Assembly: GCA_040880145.1 (NCBI GenBank)
Contig: JBBDIZ010000016.1
Coordinates: 1 to 30,183 of the forward strand
From: Simkaniaceae bacterium
GTDB taxonomy: Bacteria; Chlamydiota; Chlamydiia; Chlamydiales; JAJFMI01
Length of the DNA: 30,183 bases
Direction of reading: 5' to 3'
Below are positions 26,553 to 30,183 of this stretch, in pieces. The stretch's first letter is position 1, and every line of letters starts with the position of its first letter. The translations under genes were made by a program, and so were the position numbers. The notes beneath the pieces were generated by a model. It worked only from the letters and a program-made list of their open reading frames with translations, made no database searches and had not been told where the DNA came from.

Positions 26553-27194
26553 TTAAATTTGAATATTGAAGATGGTTTTAATATCACTGGATACACTACT
26601 TAAAAGTACAGAAGAGTATTCAAGTTCGGTATTAGCTTTTTGCAACTTGACCTGAACCATCAAAAGATCTCCGGGGTTCATCGAACCTCCTGAATCCTTC
26701 ATGCTATGGATTTGCTGGGCCGCACTATTGACCTGATTTTGGCTGTCTTGAACCATTCCCATAAATTTCATAACGGGATTTTGCCTGACCCCATCGCTCG
26801 GAAGCTCTTGAACCTCAGCCCCTGTTTTTCCGGCAACTGAGCGAACCTGACTCTGCGCTTCTTGCAGCTTATTGTTCAGGAGGTATTTTTGAGACTGTTT
26901 GAGCTTAAGGTTTTTTTGAGAGAGATGGTCATTAATTGTAGAGAGATGATCATTAGTTGTATTCATCTGTTCAAGGACAGAGTCCATGGAAGGTGCTTCG
27001 TACCCACCTTGCCTGCCGCCTCCGGGAAGTTCAAAAGGGCTGGGGCCTTCTGCCTTTGAAGCGGTCTCATCTTTTTTCATGTAAGTGTCAAAGGGCTCTC
27101 CTGTAGGCTGCTGGCCGCTTTTGCCCGGATCGATGGGTTTACTGGATTCTGGAGGAGGGGTTCCAGGGATCTTGCCTGGGATATTTGACGACAT
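26553..27194 (-). CDS. T3SS-associated protein (CT668 position), inner-rod-like C-terminus
   Basis: Lies between cdsG and cdsN; Pro/Ser-rich N-terminus; C-terminal PGDLLMVQVKLQKA...ELEYSSVLL...IKTIFNIQI. Confidence 0.7.
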   Translation of the reverse strand: MSSNIPGKIPGTPPPESSKPIDPGKSGQQPTGEPFDTYMKKDETASKAEGPSPFELPGGGRQGGYEAPSMDSVLEQMNTTNDHLSTINDHLSQKNLKLKQSQKYLLNNKLQEAQSQVRSVAGKTGAEVQELPSDGVRQNPVMKFMGMVQDSQNQVNSAAQQIHSMKDSGGSMNPGDLLMVQVKLQKANTELEYSSVLLSSVSSDIKTIFNIQI

Positions 27195-27203
27195 TATTAT
27201 ACT

Positions 27204-27656
27204 TTATTTTTGTTTGGGTTTCTGTTCTTTTATTTGAGGCTCAAGAGGACTCGGCGACTTTTTCTTAACAAACTTATCGACGAAGTCGATTGCAGAATCG
27301 GCAACGCGTTTAATTTGAGGATCGTCACTATTTTTACAAATGTCTGTGAGAATTTTTTCGCCTTCTCCACCCTTTGTTGGGGACATCGAGAGGGTCATGC
27401 CGAGCAGCGTCTTGGCCATTTCGTTAGAGGGCTCGCTTTCTAAAATTTTACTAAAGATTTCAGCGGCTTGCTTTAATTGAAGCTTATGGAAATGAAGATA
27501 TCCCATTCCAATTCTAGGAAGCATATTTGTAGGGTTAAGAAGCTCACAGGCTTTGAAGATTTTCTTCGCCGAATCTTCATCCGCCTGATGAATCGCCACA
27601 AACCCTGCTTCGATGAGCAAGAAAAATTGCTCTTTGTCGACAAACTTTTTTGACAT
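27204..27656 (-). CDS. cdsG: T3SS needle chaperone CdsG (TPR)
   Basis: LLIEAGFVAIHQADEDSA, TPR-like helices, follows the needle gene. Confidence 0.85.
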   Translation of the reverse strand: MSKKFVDKEQFFLLIEAGFVAIHQADEDSAKKIFKACELLNPTNMLPRIGMGYLHFHKLQLKQAAEIFSKILESEPSNEMAKTLLGMTLSMSPTKGGEGEKILTDICKNSDDPQIKRVADSAIDFVDKFVKKKSPSPLEPQIKEQKPKQK

Positions 27657-27680
27657 ATTGATAACCTATTGTTTCTAAGC

Positions 27681-27983
27681 TTAACTCACCTTTTGGTTTC
27701 GTACAGCGTTCATAATCATCGATCCTACCTGATAAACAAGGTTAGAGATCGATTCCCCGACCTGTGTGACCTGAGACATCGAAAACTGCAGGAGCAAAAA
27801 TTTACCAGGGGTAGCCGAAGAAATATTGGAGGCAATTGCGCGAACCTGGCTTACAACCTGCGACTGAATTTTAATATATGCGGAAATCAAAGTTTGAAAA
27901 CTAAGAGTCGCCCAGTTACTTTCTTTACCACTATCGGAAGTGGTACGGTGTTTAGGATGGTGTGGAACGGATGATTCTGACAT
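27681..27983 (-). CDS. cdsF: T3SS needle subunit CdsF
   Basis: 100 aa helix-turn-helix; C-terminal G-x-F-x-LQF-x-M...ESISN...M..AVR pattern as in chlamydial CdsF; lies between cdsE and cdsG. Confidence 0.8.
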   Translation of the reverse strand: MSESSVPHHPKHRTTSDSGKESNWATLSFQTLISAYIKIQSQVVSQVRAIASNISSATPGKFLLLQFSMSQVTQVGESISNLVYQVGSMIMNAVRNQKVS

Positions 27984-27995
27984 AGATGAGACTCC

Positions 27996-28235
27996 TTATT
28001 TCGAATTTTGTATGCGTTTCATGACTTTCTGCATGGCGACATAGCCGTGAAGTAAAACTCCGTAACTGTCAAAATCTTCAGAAGCAGTTCCTTTACGAAG
28101 CTCTTCTTTAATTTTCGTGATCTTGGACTCTAATGTTTCAGCAATTTGTTTTGCTTTTTCAGGACTTTTTAATAGGTCTTTTTCTAGATCAAACTCAAAG
28201 AAATTTTTATTGGGCTTTTTTTCAAAACCATACAT
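27996..28235 (-). CDS. cdsE: T3SS needle chaperone CdsE
   Basis: FEFDLEKDL...LRKG...YGVLLHGYVAMQKV. Start set at MYGFE (GAGG RBS). Confidence 0.85.
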   Translation of the reverse strand: MYGFEKKPNKNFFEFDLEKDLLKSPEKAKQIAETLESKITKIKEELRKGTASEDFDSYGVLLHGYVAMQKVMKRIQNSK

Positions 28236-28276
28236 GAAAGATATCCTCAATGGTTCTTCTCAATGGAGAAGGTGTT

Positions 28277-30004
28277 TTATTGCTGATTATAGTTAATTTT
28301 AAATTTTAATCCATCTTTTTCAAGAAGAACTTCCTCAGGTTGAATTCCTGTAATGAACATGCCGTCTAAAACATCCCCTTGAGTTAGGATCCGTCCATTG
28401 ATGACCACATATTCACTTAATCCATCAAATTTAGAACTTCCTGTAACTTGAAATTTACTGGTTAGGTCAATTCTTGCAGTGGATGCTGTTGAAATGATGA
28501 CAAGATTTTTCACCTGTCTGATTCCGTTGAGGTTTTTAAATTCATCTGTGAGTTGATTGAAGCTTTTTTCCTCTTTTGCATTAATTGATCCGGCTAAAAT
28601 TAATTCGCCGCTTGTAAATTGGTACCGAACCCCTCCAAATCCTTTATCGATCAAGGTGCTTTGAATTTCAGCGCGGAGAATTTCCTCGTCGACAACACGG
28701 TTTTGCAGCCGGTTTAAAAAACTAAAATTACGATTCATAAAATCAAAAAGATCGGTTGCAACGTTTCCATTGGCAACATAACCGCGAAGTAAGAATTCAC
28801 CGGGACTTGGACCTGTTAGAGTTACCGATCGAAATTCCGGATTTTTCATTAAAAGGGCATTCGTGTCTTCCCAAACATATTCATCGATGACGACATTATT
28901 TTCCATTGTCGTGATGTAGGGAAGGGAGTTGAGTAAATAGAGTATTTCTTGATGATCGACATCTGTTAAGACATGCCCTACTAAAAAAAGCTTCCCGCTT
29001 GAGGGCGTGAAGGTGAATTCTACTTTGGGAAAATTTTTTAAGATTTTTCGAATTTCAACGCTTTCATCACGCTTAACGATCTCAATGGGCTCCGATTTAA
29101 AAAGCGAGATGACTGAGACAAAACCCAAAAAAATTAAAATGAGCATGATTCCGGCTAATATAAGATGCTTCATAGGGATGATCATCTCTTTCCAGCTTTT
29201 TCTAGACATTTTGTCTTGTTCAAGCAATTCTTGCTTATTGGCTTCTTCCTGCTCCTTTGTTGTTTGAGCATTTGGATGGATAATATTTGAAGCGGGGGAG
29301 AAGAGGGTTTCGCGCGTCATTTCTCGGTCAATGATCAAAAATGAGGTTGTTCCAAGTCCAATAATATCTTGAGGAGCAATAGATGAGGGTTCAGCAATCG
29401 GTTTGCCATTGATGATAATTCCATTGCGGCTGTTTAGATCTTCGATGATAATTTGTCCGCGGTCATCCACGCTTAATTTGGCATGTTCACGAGAAACGCT
29501 TAAATCTTGGAAAAGAATATCACAAGTGTTTGGATCTTTTCCGAGTAAATAGGTTTCATTAGGCTCCATTTCAAATTCAGCGCCCGTATTCGGGCCGGAA
29601 ATCACCTTGATTACGAATCGTGCATGCCGGCTGCCCTGAAAGGAGAAATGGCGCAAAATCTCATTTTCTTCCACATGAGGTGCAGGTGAAGACTTCACCT
29701 CTTCCGGTTCTACCTCTTGATACTTAAAAAATGTTCCGCCAATTTGAATGAGATCGCCAATTGATAAAACAACAGGCTCGCTAATCGGTTTTCCGTTGAG
29801 CGCAGCAGGGTTTACAGTGGATAAATTCTCCGCTAGAATTTCTTGATTACGTTTTGTTAATTTGAGATGTTTTCTTGAAACCATAGGATCTTCTAAAACA
29901 ACGGAGGCGCCTTCCGGGTCGCGTCCTAAGATGGTTTCTTCTGATTCAAGTTTGATCTGAAGACCAACTAAAGTTCCATCTTCAGCGATTAGGTATGCAT
30001 TCAT
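28277..30004 (-). CDS. cdsD: T3SS inner membrane ring protein SctD/CdsD
   Basis: Two FHA domains (GRDP..VSRKH; GKDP..VSREH..SRNG), single TM, periplasmic BON-like repeats, C-terminal VVINGRIL..GDVLDGM. Confidence 0.93.
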   Translation of the reverse strand: MNAYLIAEDGTLVGLQIKLESEETILGRDPEGASVVLEDPMVSRKHLKLTKRNQEILAENLSTVNPAALNGKPISEPVVLSIGDLIQIGGTFFKYQEVEPEEVKSSPAPHVEENEILRHFSFQGSRHARFVIKVISGPNTGAEFEMEPNETYLLGKDPNTCDILFQDLSVSREHAKLSVDDRGQIIIEDLNSRNGIIINGKPIAEPSSIAPQDIIGLGTTSFLIIDREMTRETLFSPASNIIHPNAQTTKEQEEANKQELLEQDKMSRKSWKEMIIPMKHLILAGIMLILIFLGFVSVISLFKSEPIEIVKRDESVEIRKILKNFPKVEFTFTPSSGKLFLVGHVLTDVDHQEILYLLNSLPYITTMENNVVIDEYVWEDTNALLMKNPEFRSVTLTGPSPGEFLLRGYVANGNVATDLFDFMNRNFSFLNRLQNRVVDEEILRAEIQSTLIDKGFGGVRYQFTSGELILAGSINAKEEKSFNQLTDEFKNLNGIRQVKNLVIISTASTARIDLTSKFQVTGSSKFDGLSEYVVINGRILTQGDVLDGMFITGIQPEEVLLEKDGLKFKINYNQQ

Positions 30005-30105
30005 AAATTTACAATTTATTAATAATTGGATCTAGATAATCTATTTGCTCATATTATTTCACAATTAGCATTAAAGTTAAAGTGCGAGACTTTTCTATCA
30101 AAATC

Positions 30106-30183
30106 CTAAGCAGAGAAAATGCTGAGATCAAGGTAAGTCCTTAAAAAGTCATGGCAAAGGCTCTTCAACTCCTTTTCAATTGC
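30106..30183 (-). CDS. Possible 3' end of an upstream gene (..AIEKELKSLCHDFLRTYLDLSIFSA*)
   Basis: Open minus-strand frame from the window edge to TAG at 30106-30108; only 25 codons visible. Confidence 0.3.
   Translation of the reverse strand, partial: AIEKELKSLCHDFLRTYLDLSIFSA

Noticed and set aside
28245..28272. Small hairpin CTTCTC-AATG-GAGAAG and CTCAATGG duplication between cdsD and cdsE
   Set aside because: Short stem with no U-tract; insufficient to call a terminator or regulatory site.
30151..30183. Possible plus-strand gene start MAKALQLLFNC
   Set aside because: Only 11 codons are visible and it conflicts with an equally plausible minus-strand gene end.

Overview
Chromosomal segment of an environmental Chlamydiota (Chlamydiae) bacterium. 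The assignment is inferred from the chlamydial-type T3SS operon cdsD-E-F-G-(CT668-like)-N-O-P-P'-Q-pkn5, an NTT/TLC nucleotide translocase and the mfd-alaS/tkt block. The left part holds metabolic and transport genes: methyltransferase, aldose epimerase-like protein, NDH-2 fused to a cNMP-binding domain, DMT, MscS, NTT, TfoX-N, YchJ and MFS. The middle holds mfd, alaS, tkt and hemE, followed by a small AT-rich patch (Inc-like protein, secreted Zn-ribbon protein, putative lipoprotein). The right part is the T3SS operon on the minus strand. The most striking non-coding signal is a family of small, modular, TA-bounded intergenic elements. Three copies carry a variable-number (GGGCAR)n G-quadruplex-type tract next to an identical terminus (GGAATTGGGGTTATGCAAGATGTCTA). 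Two of them face each other and provide the TAG stop codons of the convergent MFS and mfd genes. A second palindromic element family (TATACCGAAAC...GTTTCGGTATA) also occurs. T3SS oddities: two tandem CdsP/FliK-like ruler paralogues of very different length, an inner-rod-like C-terminus in the CT668-position gene, and a Pkn5 with an intact kinase fused to a dead PP2C/SpoIIE-like domain. No rRNA, tRNA, CRISPR array or transposase was seen. All product calls come from motif recognition by eye, not database searches.
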